IMG/VR virus record: IMGVR_UViG_3300020050_015145
Span: 8,208 to 72,207 of that record
Direction: 5' to 3' (one strand)
DNA from: a virus
Lineage: Duplodnaviria > Caudoviricetes
Length of the DNA stretch: 64,000 nt
The notes under the pieces are model-generated. The model ran no database searches and was not told the DNA's origin. It saw only the letters and a program-made list of their open reading frames with translations. Shown piece by piece: positions 37,696 through 47,592 of the stretch. Each line of letters opens with the position of its first letter. The first letter of the stretch is position 1. The translations under genes and the position numbers were made by a program.

Positions 37696-40600
37696 CTGTT
37701 ATAGAGGTTTTCGTAATAGGCTACGTGCTGTTGATTATGACTTATTTCCGCAATACTCACGCGGTTGGCGTCAACGTTAATTTTAAGTTCCGGTTTGGAG
37801 CGAATCACCTCCGTTAAATTCTTTACCTCTTTTTCCAATCCCTTCAAATCCACCGATGTGCCCAATCTGTCTCCCTCTAAGTTGAAATTCATTCGCCCAA
37901 ACTCCTCAATTCTCAAACTGCCGAATTTCTTCTGCAATTCCTCAAAGGCTAAATACCCGTCCACTAACTTTTCGTTGGGCAACTCTTTACCCAGCTTTTC
38001 GTTGAGCGTTCTTTTTACTATCCGCTCTCCCTTGTCAACCATCGCCGGCACCGTATCCCTTCCGTCCGGATAACCCAATCCATCCACCCAAGGCGTTCCT
38101 TCAAAGTAGCTTTTGCCCGTAGCTGACACGTAACCCGTAGCATTTCTGATGGTGAAGGAATTCCCCGCTGCGTCATAAGCCGTAAATTGCCTGTCTTCGT
38201 CAGTGTATGTCAGGGTCATTGCGTTTTTGTTCTGGTCAAATGCCTCATTGACCGCCTCCAGATTATCTGCCCGGAACGGTGTTCTGTTGGCTTTGCGCTG
38301 GGCAATCAGGCCTTCCTTTATGTTACTGGTCCATGTGTCAGGAACGGTCACAATGCCACCGCTGCCTTCACCCATCAACGCCTCCAAATCCCTGATAGAG
38401 CCTTGCAAATCTCCCACCGCTGCGTCAATTTTGCCCCGGTTGAAGATATTCCGCTTTCCTTGCAGCATGGCAATTTCGGCGCGTATTTGCGCAATAGCCA
38501 TCTGGATTTGCGACTGCATAATTTGCTTATTGGCCTGTAAAACAAAGTTGGCATAGTCTCTTTCCGCTGCCGCTTTTTGGGTGGAGGCATCCTGTTTTTT
38601 GGCAGTCACTTCATCTTCGAGTCCTTTGACGGTTATTGCCAATTGACTTTGAAGCTGGGTTATTGTAGCTTTCAGTGCCGTTTCTCGTGCCACATAGTCG
38701 TTTTTCAGCGCTTCCAATTTAGCGTCGCGCTCATCCGCCATCTCCTTGAACTTATCCTGATAGGATTGCTCCAAAGCATTTACCGCTTCTTTTTCTTCTT
38801 CCTTCAGCTTTACCGCCCCGTCTTTGGCTTCTTGGTTCAATTGCTTGGTTGCCAGACTAACCCCTTTGGATTTGTCCAACTTGGCATCCTCGACCTCTTT
38901 GTGAACGTCGGCAATTCTTTGGGCGTAGGCATTGGTGACTTCTTCGCGCTCTTTTTCGTCCGTCAGCGTGGCTAAGATGCGGTCGCGGGTTGCGGCTAAA
39001 CGATTGGTTTCGTCGGTTCGGTAACGTTCCAATGCCTCATTGCGAAGGCGGTCAATAATAGTAATCGTTTCATTTTCGTCGGCCTTGGACTGCTCAAGTA
39101 ACTGTTGCCTGTAGTCGTACGTGGCCTGTAACGATGCCTTCTCTTGGCTTTCTTTCTCTTTTAATGCCGCCAATTGTTGGTCGTAGGCTTCTTTGACGGC
39201 GTTGGTTTGTTGCTCGTACGTATCTTTGGCCGTGTCCAATTGTGATTTCAGGGCATCAACCTGCGTATCGGTGAAATCTTCAAGCCTTTTGATTTCTTCC
39301 TCTTTGGCCTCAATGTAGGCGTCCAACTCATCTTCAATGGCCTGAATTTTCCTATCCCGCACTTCCTGTGCCGTTTCAATTTCCCGTTGAAGCTTTTTGA
39401 TGCGGTATTCTTCTTCAAGCGCCTGTTGCTCGTACATACCTGCGACGATTTCCCCCATCTGCTTTTTAGCGGAGGCGGTCATGTCCTTTTTCATCTTGGA
39501 GTCATTCTCCAGTGTAAGTTTGGTATAAGCAGCTTGGTATTCAATCAGTTCTTTGGCTTCGGCGTACTCGGTTTGTTTGGCGTAGTGCTCATCAATGATT
39601 CGTTCTCGCTCGGCGTACGAGCCTTTGAAGTCTTCGAGTTGAGCGTCCAGCGAATCGGCATTAACCCGAATAAGTGTGTCATAATAATCACCCATGACAT
39701 TTGCCAAGGTGTCGTAGGCTTCAATGATAGCCGTATTGGTTTCTACCAACATATCGTTGATAGCCGCCGCAACTTTCTGCATTATATCAGCCACCATCAT
39801 GGCCATATTGAGGGATGCCATAGATGCCGCACCCTCAGCTTCGACCAGATTTTGCTTTGACTCCGCTACTTTTAGCGAAGATTCGGCATATTGTGTTGAG
39901 TGTTCGCCATACAGGATTTTAATGGTGCTGCTGTAGGCCTGCGCATTCTTTACCTGATTTTCGTAGGTCGTAACGGTTTTGCCGCTAATCAAATCGATGT
40001 CATCCACCATTTTGATGGCAAAATTGGAAAAGTCGCTCAACGCGCTGTTTAATGATCCCACAAACCCCAATACCGCCTTTAATCGCTCATTGTGCGATTT
40101 AACTTCAATCTCCGCCGTTTTTTCAGTAACCTTTTGCTCTTCTTCGTTGATTTTGCGAATCGCCTCCAACGTATCCAACTTGGCCTGTTGTTTTTCTTTT
40201 TCGGTTTGTTGGGTGTTCAAAAGCCGCTGCACCTCCGAAGCCTGCACGGATAGCGACAAATCGGTTTCAATCTCAACTGACTGCCTGACAAATTCGATTT
40301 GCCCCGCCGTAATATTTACTTGGCTTTCTTTAATAAGGGCTTCCTTTGCGCGATTGGCTTTGATAATAATAGCTTCAATAGCTAAGACTGCGTCCTCCTC
40401 TGTTTTAACATATTCAACTTTATGCGCATTAACCTTTGCAATCTCCTCCTTCATGCCACGGTCAATTATCTCCAATTTATCACTTAGGCTTTTTTCTTCT
40501 GCCTCTTTGATTAATATGGCAATCTCATTGGAGGAGAAAAACGCCTGCTCTTTAAGCTGCTTGTGCTTATCGGCATCCTTGCCGACTGCCATTGCATTGT

Positions 40601-42074
40601 ATTGATCCTTGGCTTTGAGCATATTTGTCTCATGCTCAAAATAAGCACTGGCGTACTGTGACGTACCTTCAGTCAACGTGCCTTTTATCTTGGTCCAACG
40701 GGCTTCTTCCGCTGCAACGGCTTCCTGCTGCTTTTTGGTGAGGTTGGTCGTAATGTCCGCCACGGTAACGGCCGTTACCTGATGGCTATCCATAATACGT
40801 TTATTTGACTTTTCGACCGATTGCGACATTTCGTCCCAAATGCTGCCCATTTTCTCGTAATTGGCCTTGGACTTATCAAAATAACCGCTTGCCTGTGAGA
40901 ATAGCACGCCCATTTGATCCCAGTCACCCGTGATTGCCGCCCAAACGCCTTTCAGCCCGGTTTGCACCCCCTGTAAACCATTGTAAAACAACTGCAATCC
41001 CTGCCAGCCTTCGCGAAGTACGGTAATCAAGGTATAGAAAGGTCCCATTACCACGGTATTGATTACCACACCCAGCACTTTCATTAGCTCATTGGAACCA
41101 TTGGCGCTATTGAAGAATTGGGGAAACAGATTGACGGCAATCTCCTTAATAGGCGTAACCAATTCCATAAAGGCAGACCACAGATACCCGGCACTGACCT
41201 TCATATTGGTAAAAATGGCATTCAACAACCCGCCTTCCTGCGCGGAATTCTTCATGCCAACGGCCAAACTGATACCTGTTTCAATGACGGCTTCAAATAC
41301 GGGAAGCAAGCCGTTACCCGCTTCACGCGCCAAACCTGCGGTGGCATCACTCAATGACGACCAACGACCTGCTAAAGTGAGGGCTTGTTTTTCGGTGGCA
41401 CCCTGTACACCGTTCAGCGTTCCAAAAGCGGCCGTGGCCAGCATAACGGATTGCTCGGTACGTTCAGCCTCGATGGTGGTACCGCGAAAAGTCAGGCTTA
41501 CTTTGTCGCCTGCGGTTTTGGCCTTGATACCCAATTCCGTCCAGCGCTCCGTGTTGTTAATGTCGAGTATAGCTTCTCCCAAATCTTTGAAAGGTTTTTG
41601 CAGGGCGTTGGCCACATCGCCCAGCTTTTCCATATTCTCCCTCCCCAGTACCACATTTCGCCCCGCAAACTTGGAGAATGTGTCGGCCAGTTCGTCTAAT
41701 TCAAAATTGGATTTGTCGGCGTAGTTTTGCAGCATTTGTAAAGCCTCCGTCGCCTTTTGCTGACTACCCATCGAAACCGTCAAAGCAGCAGTATATTTCT
41801 GGTAAGTAGCTGTCAAATCAAAGATTTTTGAAATCGCTTCTTTGATCTGGTCAATGCCGAAAGCGGTCAGAAGTAAGTTCTTTACGCCGCTGATACTGCC
41901 GCTCAGGGAACTATACTGCTTACTGTGGCTCTCCATGTTGGAATTCATGGATCTGATCGCCCGCGAATTCTCATCGCCCAATTCATTCTGCTTGCGAATC
42001 AACGCATCTAAGTCGCTCAGCAACTTAGGTAAATCACTCTCTGCACTTACCCTAAACCGTACGTTCTCATCCAT
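37692..42074 (-). CDS. tail tape measure protein
   Basis: 1460 aa, helical/coiled coil; MGSQQKATEALQML..A.KSNFELDEL tape-measure motif; DTVPAMVDKGERI near C-terminus. Confidence 0.9.
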   Translation of the reverse strand: MDENVRFRVSAESDLPKLLSDLDALIRKQNELGDENSRAIRSMNSNMESHSKQYSSLSGSISGVKNLLLTAFGIDQIKEAISKIFDLTATYQKYTAALTVSMGSQQKATEALQMLQNYADKSNFELDELADTFSKFAGRNVVLGRENMEKLGDVANALQKPFKDLGEAILDINNTERWTELGIKAKTAGDKVSLTFRGTTIEAERTEQSVMLATAAFGTLNGVQGATEKQALTLAGRWSSLSDATAGLAREAGNGLLPVFEAVIETGISLAVGMKNSAQEGGLLNAIFTNMKVSAGYLWSAFMELVTPIKEIAVNLFPQFFNSANGSNELMKVLGVVINTVVMGPFYTLITVLREGWQGLQLFYNGLQGVQTGLKGVWAAITGDWDQMGVLFSQASGYFDKSKANYEKMGSIWDEMSQSVEKSNKRIMDSHQVTAVTVADITTNLTKKQQEAVAAEEARWTKIKGTLTEGTSQYASAYFEHETNMLKAKDQYNAMAVGKDADKHKQLKEQAFFSSNEIAILIKEAEEKSLSDKLEIIDRGMKEEIAKVNAHKVEYVKTEEDAVLAIEAIIIKANRAKEALIKESQVNITAGQIEFVRQSVEIETDLSLSVQASEVQRLLNTQQTEKEKQQAKLDTLEAIRKINEEEQKVTEKTAEIEVKSHNERLKAVLGFVGSLNSALSDFSNFAIKMVDDIDLISGKTVTTYENQVKNAQAYSSTIKILYGEHSTQYAESSLKVAESKQNLVEAEGAASMASLNMAMMVADIMQKVAAAINDMLVETNTAIIEAYDTLANVMGDYYDTLIRVNADSLDAQLEDFKGSYAERERIIDEHYAKQTEYAEAKELIEYQAAYTKLTLENDSKMKKDMTASAKKQMGEIVAGMYEQQALEEEYRIKKLQREIETAQEVRDRKIQAIEDELDAYIEAKEEEIKRLEDFTDTQVDALKSQLDTAKDTYEQQTNAVKEAYDQQLAALKEKESQEKASLQATYDYRQQLLEQSKADENETITIIDRLRNEALERYRTDETNRLAATRDRILATLTDEKEREEVTNAYAQRIADVHKEVEDAKLDKSKGVSLATKQLNQEAKDGAVKLKEEEKEAVNALEQSYQDKFKEMADERDAKLEALKNDYVARETALKATITQLQSQLAITVKGLEDEVTAKKQDASTQKAAAERDYANFVLQANKQIMQSQIQMAIAQIRAEIAMLQGKRNIFNRGKIDAAVGDLQGSIRDLEALMGEGSGGIVTVPDTWTSNIKEGLIAQRKANRTPFRADNLEAVNEAFDQNKNAMTLTYTDEDRQFTAYDAAGNSFTIRNATGYVSATGKSYFEGTPWVDGLGYPDGRDTVPAMVDKGERIVKRTLNEKLGKELPNEKLVDGYLAFEELQKKFGSLRIEEFGRMNFNLEGDRLGTSVDLKGLEKEVKNLTEVIRSKPELKINVDANRVSIAEISHNQQHVAYYENLYNR

Positions 42075-42160
42075 GCTGTATTCGAGGTCAAATCATTGAA
42101 TTGCTTCCTGTTGTGATTTTTCCCCGCACTTGGCACTTGAGAGTCGAGCATCCTCATGTT

Positions 42161-42202
42161 CAAAATTAAGAATTAATTTGTAAATATTAATAATATACTT
42201 AA
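42161..42202 (-). promoter_or_regulatory. promoter element and operator upstream of TMP
   Basis: Minus TAATTTTG (42161-42168); TTAATAATATACTTAA (42187-42202). Confidence 0.55.
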
Positions 42203-42288
42203 TAAGCAAAACAAAACAGACCTTCAACAACCAAAAAAGACCGCCCCATTTGAGGCAGTCTTTATAATTTTTCAAAGAGGGTAGTGTG

Positions 42289-42609
42289 TTAAGGTTTGGT
42301 AACGGGCGTTCGTTTGGGGTCCATCTCCCGAAGGGTTCGCTTCAGCAGATAGAAAACAAACTCGTAGCGAAGAATGAATTCTTCACTCAGTTCCCGCTTG
42401 ATTCCTTCGTTGACCAGGAGCAAATCCAGCTCTTCAAAGGTTTCGATGATTTGATCTGCGGAGTAATGCTCGTACATGTCCTGTACAGCATTAAAGGTTA
42501 ATTGGTCTTGAAATGGCATAACTCTAAACGACGGGGTTTTTGGCGTCGTGCGTAGTTGTCGAAAAATCGCGCCATTTTTACTGACCCTTCCAATAAATTT
42601 ATCAAGCAA
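42289..42609 (-). CDS. hypothetical protein, paralogue of 42674-42907
   Basis: YSADQIIETFEELDL...FYLLKRTLR. Confidence 0.6.
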   Translation of the reverse strand: MLDKFIGRVSKNGAIFRQLRTTPKTPSFRVMPFQDQLTFNAVQDMYEHYSADQIIETFEELDLLLVNEGIKRELSEEFILRYEFVFYLLKRTLREMDPKRTPVTKP

Positions 42610-42673
42610 ACAATGAATTTATTTAACGGTAAAGAGACATAAAAAAAGCCCCCTGTTTGGAGGCCTTTTTTGT

Positions 42674-42907
42674 TTAGTTGTTGTTTGGCAAAGGCAGCTT
42701 TACGGGCTCCAATGCTCTGACCGCCCGTTTGAGCAAATGAAACGTGAGTGCGTATTGGTTGTTCATTTGTTTGCCCATTTCCTGTTTGGCTTCGATGCCT
42801 TCCAGATACAAGTCCAACTCTTCCAGAAATTCAACGATCTCCGCTGCGCTGTATGCCGCAAACAGCTCTTTTACGTCCTGCGGCAAATGTTTGTCAAATA
42901 CTAACAT
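42674..42907 (-). CDS. hypothetical protein, paralogue of 42289-42609
   Basis: YSAAEIVEFLEELDL...FHLLKRAVR. Confidence 0.65.
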   Translation of the reverse strand: MLVFDKHLPQDVKELFAAYSAAEIVEFLEELDLYLEGIEAKQEMGKQMNNQYALTFHLLKRAVRALEPVKLPLPNNN

Positions 42908-43092
42908 ACCGCACCTCCTTTCCGATACGTTGCCCGTTGGCGTTCAATGGTCAGTGTTCGGTTTATTTCTCTGAGCATTCGCTGCAAATCTTCGTAGGGG
43001 ATTTTGTTCCATTGTACCGTGAGACTTTCGTTGGTTGCTTCCAATACCACTTCATCGCCTTGCGATACAGTGATTTTTAATGTGTCGCTCAT
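42901..43092 (-). CDS. hypothetical protein
   Basis: 63-aa ORF coupled to the antirepressor. Confidence 0.55.
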   Translation of the reverse strand: MSDTLKITVSQGDEVVLEATNESLTVQWNKIPYEDLQRMLREINRTLTIERQRATYRKGGAVC

Positions 43093-43874
43093 GCCTGTAT
43101 CTGAAGATTGGATTGGAGATTTGATTGTGTCAGCTTTTTAGCCTTAGCGGGTTTGCCGTACGAAAGCGACTCATTAAACAAATAATGAAGAAAAGCCCGA
43201 CCGCGCTCGGTCCAAACCATGTACATACTCGTGTGTTGTATTCCCTTGCTATCGGTATAGGAATTGGTACGGGTAGCGGTATAACCTTCGTTTTCGTAGT
43301 TGGCATACAAAACATACCGCCCGTCGTGCCAGTACTGGATTTTCTTTTTGCAAAGCTCGGCATTGAGTTTGCGGGCAGGAATCCCCAATTCTTTGGCAAT
43401 GTTGGTCGTGGTGTAATTGGCGTCGCTTTGCAGTACTTTGTCGGTCCATTCGGCTTTGGGCGCCAATTTATTGATCTGCTCATCTTTTTCGGCAAGCAGA
43501 CGATTGGCAAGCAGTACGGCACTTGAAAGGATTTCTTCGTTGGTTTGGGGACGTTGGATATTTTGGCGAAGTCGGTTTTCACATTCGATGAAATATTGCC
43601 GCGCCTGTTTGCCCTTTTCGGAGCGTTGTAGCATGGCAATTTCCTTGGCGGTATTCAAGGTGAGGGCGTAGTCTATCGTTTCTTGCTGATTTTGGGGGTG
43701 TACAAAAAAGTACGGGGTATAGTCTTCGTTTTCTTTAAAACCATACTCGAACATTCTGTCTATCCAAAGTCGAAACGGCGTTTTAACTTCAAGGAACTCG
43801 TACAATTCCCTTGCGGATACTACTTGCCCTTCCCCACCTTGCGGATTTGGGCTTACTTTGATTAATTCTTGCAT
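43089..43874 (-). CDS. phage antirepressor (AntA/AntB N-terminal plus KilA-C-like domain)
   Basis: VSARELYEFLEVKTPF..W...AKEIAMLQRSEKGKQARQYFIECE; APKAEWTD...TTNIAKELG...WTERGRAF. Confidence 0.9.
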   Translation of the reverse strand: MQELIKVSPNPQGGEGQVVSARELYEFLEVKTPFRLWIDRMFEYGFKENEDYTPYFFVHPQNQQETIDYALTLNTAKEIAMLQRSEKGKQARQYFIECENRLRQNIQRPQTNEEILSSAVLLANRLLAEKDEQINKLAPKAEWTDKVLQSDANYTTTNIAKELGIPARKLNAELCKKKIQYWHDGRYVLYANYENEGYTATRTNSYTDSKGIQHTSMYMVWTERGRAFLHYLFNESLSYGKPAKAKKLTQSNLQSNLQIQA

Positions 43875-43929
43875 TTGGTTTTTTTAGGCTTTTAAATGCA
43901 GTGAACTTATATACTTACCTTCGTGATAA

Positions 43930-44200
43930 GACAACAAAAAGCGGTGCCGTAGCAAGTTCCGCGCCTAATCCCAACCAAGGGCAATCAGTCAGGCATAAAG
44001 CCCGCATCTTACGGAAATAGCATACGACACCGCTTGAGGGTATCGAAATGAAAAATAAAAGCAACAAAAAAGCCTCGACACACGGTCCGCCGTTGCGGTT
44101 GTCGGAGGCAGCTTTCGCCGCTTGGTTGTAATTAGGCACTGCAAACATGCAGGACCAATCCGACATTTCCAAATACCCACCTAAAAATATTTTTGACCCT
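43930..44200 (-). ncRNA. structured regulatory leader of the antirepressor operon (C4/immI-like logic)
   Basis: Promoter TACATTTG (44202-44209); long-range complementary pairs 44121-44139/43961-43979 and 44024-44035/43939-43950 followed by a U-tract. Confidence 0.55.
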
Positions 44201-44227
44201 GCAAATGTAAATAATAATTTCTAAACA

Positions 44228-44243
44228 TTAATAATATTATTAA
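44228..44243. promoter_or_regulatory. perfect palindromic operator candidate
   Basis: TTAATAATATTATTAA between divergent promoters. Confidence 0.65.
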
Positions 44244-44321
44244 TAATAAATTTTAACTACTTATTAAACGGTGTTGCAAATTGACATACTGATTTTGTAG
44301 CTTTGCCAAAACTCTATCACT

Positions 44322-44888
44322 ATGAAAAAAATTACGGAAATGTGGAAGTCTTTTTCTACCAATTTAAAATTGGTTGTCGTCGGGCTGATTTTGTTCTTCG
44401 GTTATGTTATTTATAAAAAAACATCAACTGTTACACCCGCATCGGTATCCAACGTAAAAAGCAGACAAACAGAATCGGTCAGCGACAGTGTATCAACAAC
44501 TAACAAAGTTGCCAATGTTGCTTTAGTGTATAACATTAAGCCTCTTTTAAACAGATCCATGAAGGAGGTTGAAAAAATACTTGGCAAAGCGGAGTCCAAA
44601 AGTAAAATAAATGGCTACCCCTGCAAATATTCAAGGTGCACCAAGGTTATTTACAAGAATGGAAAATACGAAGTGATTTTCAAAAATGGCAAAACCTCAA
44701 GAATCATTGTAAATTCATTTCCCGATTACACCAACACCCAAGACGCTATTCAATCTATTGGATTTCCCAAATCAAGCCCTTCCTTTCTTAATCCAGGCAT
44801 TGTTGCAAGATGGTCAACTATTGAAGGTATCCACGAGATTGACTTTTTTACGGATTACGTTTTAGTTATGGTTAACGCCCCAGAGTAA
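44322..44888 (+). CDS. membrane-anchored moron protein
   Basis: N-terminal TM; own promoter TAGCTTTG at 44297-44304. Confidence 0.75.
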   Translation: MKKITEMWKSFSTNLKLVVVGLILFFGYVIYKKTSTVTPASVSNVKSRQTESVSDSVSTTNKVANVALVYNIKPLLNRSMKEVEKILGKAESKSKINGYPCKYSRCTKVIYKNGKYEVIFKNGKTSRIIVNSFPDYTNTQDAIQSIGFPKSSPSFLNPGIVARWSTIEGIHEIDFFTDYVLVMVNAPE

Positions 44889-44912
44889 TTATCTATCATC
44901 CCCCAGCCTCCT

Positions 44913-45167
44913 ATGAAAAGCCTACTGATTTCTACTTTTTTAATACTTCTTTTCGCTTCCTGCAAAAAAGAAGCCGAGCCCCAAAAGTGCTACGCCTGCA
45001 CCCAAACTATCAATAAGTTTGAAGGATCAAAAGTGACCGTCACAAAAGTGGAAAAAGAAATGTGTACCGTCATTTCCAGAAACTTCTTTGAAGAAAACTT
45101 CACTTTTTCCAGAGATTACGGACTGTACAAAGAGGTGAGTTTGGCAAGTTGTACTTTGAAGCCATAA
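44913..45167 (+). CDS. small lipoprotein
   Basis: MKSLLISTFLILLFAS|C lipobox; three further Cys residues plus a C-terminal Cys. Confidence 0.75.
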   Translation: MKSLLISTFLILLFASCKKEAEPQKCYACTQTINKFEGSKVTVTKVEKEMCTVISRNFFEENFTFSRDYGLYKEVSLASCTLKP

Positions 45168-45180
45168 AAAAAAGCCCCGA

Positions 45181-45351
45181 TTAAGGGGCCAATGCTTTTC
45201 TTATCAAATCGTTTACGAATTTATTTCGCTTCCCTTTTTCTGCCAGATTGTTGACAATTTCAAATAAATCATTGTCCAGCCTTAAAGGAAAATTGGTTTG
45301 GGTGCGACCCTCCCGCCGCTTGCCTCCCCATTTTTTTACGGGTTCTTCCAT
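45181..45351 (-). CDS. ribbon-helix-helix (Arc-like) protein, not in ORF track
   Basis: Manual translation MEEPVKKWGGKRREGRTQTNFPLRLDNDLFEIVNNLAEKGKRNKFVNDLIRKALAP. Confidence 0.7.
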   Translation of the reverse strand: MEEPVKKWGGKRREGRTQTNFPLRLDNDLFEIVNNLAEKGKRNKFVNDLIRKALAP

Positions 45352-45353
45352 GT

Positions 45354-45854
45354 TTAACCGGGAAAATTCTTTTCAATCAAACCCTTCATACTGCCCCAAC
45401 CCAAAGCCCCGGGAGCTTCAGTAAATGCCCGAGTCATTAACTCAATGTCCTTTTTTGCGACTGCAAAAGAGTGAGTGTGAAAAATACCTTCGCGGCCATG
45501 GTCATCAAGTCTCGTTTGAAACTTCAATTTGATGGCATCGAACTTCGACTTGAATTTTAGAAAATCCTCTCTGTCATCTTTTAGGGTAGTGTTGACCGCC
45601 ACTACTACCCGTACTTTTTGCGACCCTTCCTCAAGTGCAATTCCTTCGCCAATGTGGTCGCCTGTCGAAATATAGTGATTAATGGCAACAAAAAGGAGGC
45701 TCAAAGGTTCGCCGTTTTTTACGATAATTGGTTTCATATTTATTGGTTTAGTAGGCGTGAGAAAATGATTCAGAGGTGGTTCCGTCAGGATTTGCCCACG
45801 TGCAAAGGTGTCCCATGTCGCTATCTTCGTCACGGTGGCGGCGCGGAATATCAT
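45354..45854 (-). CDS. hypothetical protein (true start probably MKPIIV)
   Basis: ORF in the 46878-45181 operon. Confidence 0.6.
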   Translation of the reverse strand: MIFRAATVTKIATWDTFARGQILTEPPLNHFLTPTKPINMKPIIVKNGEPLSLLFVAINHYISTGDHIGEGIALEEGSQKVRVVVAVNTTLKDDREDFLKFKSKFDAIKLKFQTRLDDHGREGIFHTHSFAVAKKDIELMTRAFTEAPGALGWGSMKGLIEKNFPG

Positions 45855-46563
45855 TGCCTGACATAAAATATTGAGACAGCAAAACGCGCTTGCCGGTTAC
45901 TTTTGCTTCTTCAAATTTGGCTTGACGAGCAGCTTTTGCGTCGGCTTCCTTTTTGGCTTCCGCACTGATTTTATCCTCTTTGTTCTTTTGGCCCGTTTCG
46001 ATGATGTTAGCCATATCACCCGCCGCCATTTCGTAATAATACCACGACGAATAATCTCCGTAATCAGAACCGGTCATAAAGGTTTCGAGGGTATTTTTTT
46101 CAACGTGGGAAATGGAATTGATGAATCTTTTACAAACTTCACTGTATTTTGCAAGCACGTAAGGAACCTTAACATCTCCCTCAAAAAAACTAAAATTGAT
46201 GTACTTATGAGATGTGTGCCACTCAAATTTTACACGGGTTGGATTAATGATTTCGGCCTCCTGTTTCAGTAATTCGATATTTGCGTTGTCAAATGCTTTC
46301 TTAACCTCCGAAGGAATACCACCAAAGACCTCAATCAAAGAGTTGGTGTTGCGTTTTACTGTGATTCCAAGTAGTTTTTTTACCTGAATATCGTTCAGGC
46401 ACAAATATTCCTTGCCTTCGTGTACCGGGAATGTTGGAGCATTTACCGCTTGTTCGCCTACGCTTGCCACCCAGTATGATTCGTCCCGTGCCTGTTTAGG
46501 CTTCAATGAAAGATTGATGACGATACCTGATTTTGTTTTTGCGAAAATTGTTACATTTGCCAT
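45748..46563 (-). CDS. hypothetical protein
   Basis: 271-aa ORF. Confidence 0.75.
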   Translation of the reverse strand: MANVTIFAKTKSGIVINLSLKPKQARDESYWVASVGEQAVNAPTFPVHEGKEYLCLNDIQVKKLLGITVKRNTNSLIEVFGGIPSEVKKAFDNANIELLKQEAEIINPTRVKFEWHTSHKYINFSFFEGDVKVPYVLAKYSEVCKRFINSISHVEKNTLETFMTGSDYGDYSSWYYYEMAAGDMANIIETGQKNKEDKISAEAKKEADAKAARQAKFEEAKVTGKRVLLSQYFMSGNDIPRRHRDEDSDMGHLCTWANPDGTTSESFSHAY

Positions 46564-46632
46564 GATTGTAAGATTTTTTGAGGTTTTACGATTTATTTAA
46601 CCCCGTCTCCCTGCCAGTTGACGGGGTTTGTT

Positions 46633-46878
46633 TTATTTCACTAAATAGACTTCACAACGGTTGTGTCTGCCATTTCTTGTTTTGCAGGAAGTAGCGCACG
46701 ATACTTGCACTAAAACACCTTCTTTAGATTGTTTAACGGTGCCGGAGGTTCCGAAATCCCATTTTACACCTTCGTAGATAACTTGATACCCCGCAGCTTG
46801 TAAAGCATTAATTCTTTTTGAAGCAACATTTTTTGCCCCGTAAAAAGGAGCGACGATAGAAGCGATTTGATTTAACAT
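46633..46878 (-). CDS. hypothetical protein
   Basis: 81-aa ORF, first in operon. Confidence 0.65.
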   Translation of the reverse strand: MLNQIASIVAPFYGAKNVASKRINALQAAGYQVIYEGVKWDFGTSGTVKQSKEGVLVQVSCATSCKTRNGRHNRCEVYLVK

Positions 46879-47089
46879 GATAGTAATTTGTTTTGAGGTT
46901 TTTATTTCGCTCTGCCAAGCGGTCGTTTCAATCGAACTGACAATACAAAGTTATTGCAATTATTTTGATTTGCAATACATTTCAAGAAATATTTATCATT
47001 TATTTTGTACCCATAAAAAAAGAGAGGCAACAGCGTCGCTTCTCTTTCCAATTACCTAAACCCACGTCTGACTTTAACAGCCTATATTT

Positions 47090-47500
47090 TTACTTCTCCA
47101 CCACAAACCCCAGTGCCTGCGTATCCAATCTTAATTCCATCGGCGGAGGAGTTCCCCAAATCCGTACAGCCAGCAATCCATGCACAAAGAAATTCCACCG
47201 AAACATAAAGTTATCCGTGCGCCAAATGGAAGTCGGCACACCGTCAATCTTTTTGCAGACTAAATCCCCGATGCCGCTGTCAGGAGGCCCCACAAACCGA
47301 ATCAGCGTTGACGGGTCAGGGTCATCAATGGGCACCGGTGCCAAAAACGGCTCTTCGTGCCAATTATCCTGTACCGTATCCAGCCCTTTGGCAATGTTTT
47401 TAAGTAACTGTGCCGTCATAGCGCTATCCGTTTGTTCCGAAAGTCGCAGCAATTCATCGTGCATGTGCTTGGTTTCGGGATCAATGTCAAGGTATTTCAT
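47090..47500 (-). CDS. hypothetical protein
   Basis: 136-aa ORF. Confidence 0.65.
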   Translation of the reverse strand: MKYLDIDPETKHMHDELLRLSEQTDSAMTAQLLKNIAKGLDTVQDNWHEEPFLAPVPIDDPDPSTLIRFVGPPDSGIGDLVCKKIDGVPTSIWRTDNFMFRWNFFVHGLLAVRIWGTPPPMELRLDTQALGFVVEK

Positions 47501-47592
47501 AAACTGTATTATTTTAAGTAATGAAAAGTGTTTTTTCTGAAATCGGGCAAAGAAAAATAGAACTATTCTTAGAAGCGTGCCGCCTGTGCCGT

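Noticed and set aside
38187-41724. Long plus-strand ORFs antisense to the tape measure gene (for example 39979-40605 and 41059-41724)
   Set aside because: Shadow ORFs of a coiled-coil coding strand; no promoter or motif support. The same applies to antisense ORFs over the methylase, portal and terminase genes.
43915-44172. 85-aa and 63-aa ORFs in the antirepressor leader (also 60279-60572)
   Set aside because: They coincide with RNA structure and have non-ATG or weak starts; an Icd/Ash-like leader peptide cannot be excluded but is unsupported.
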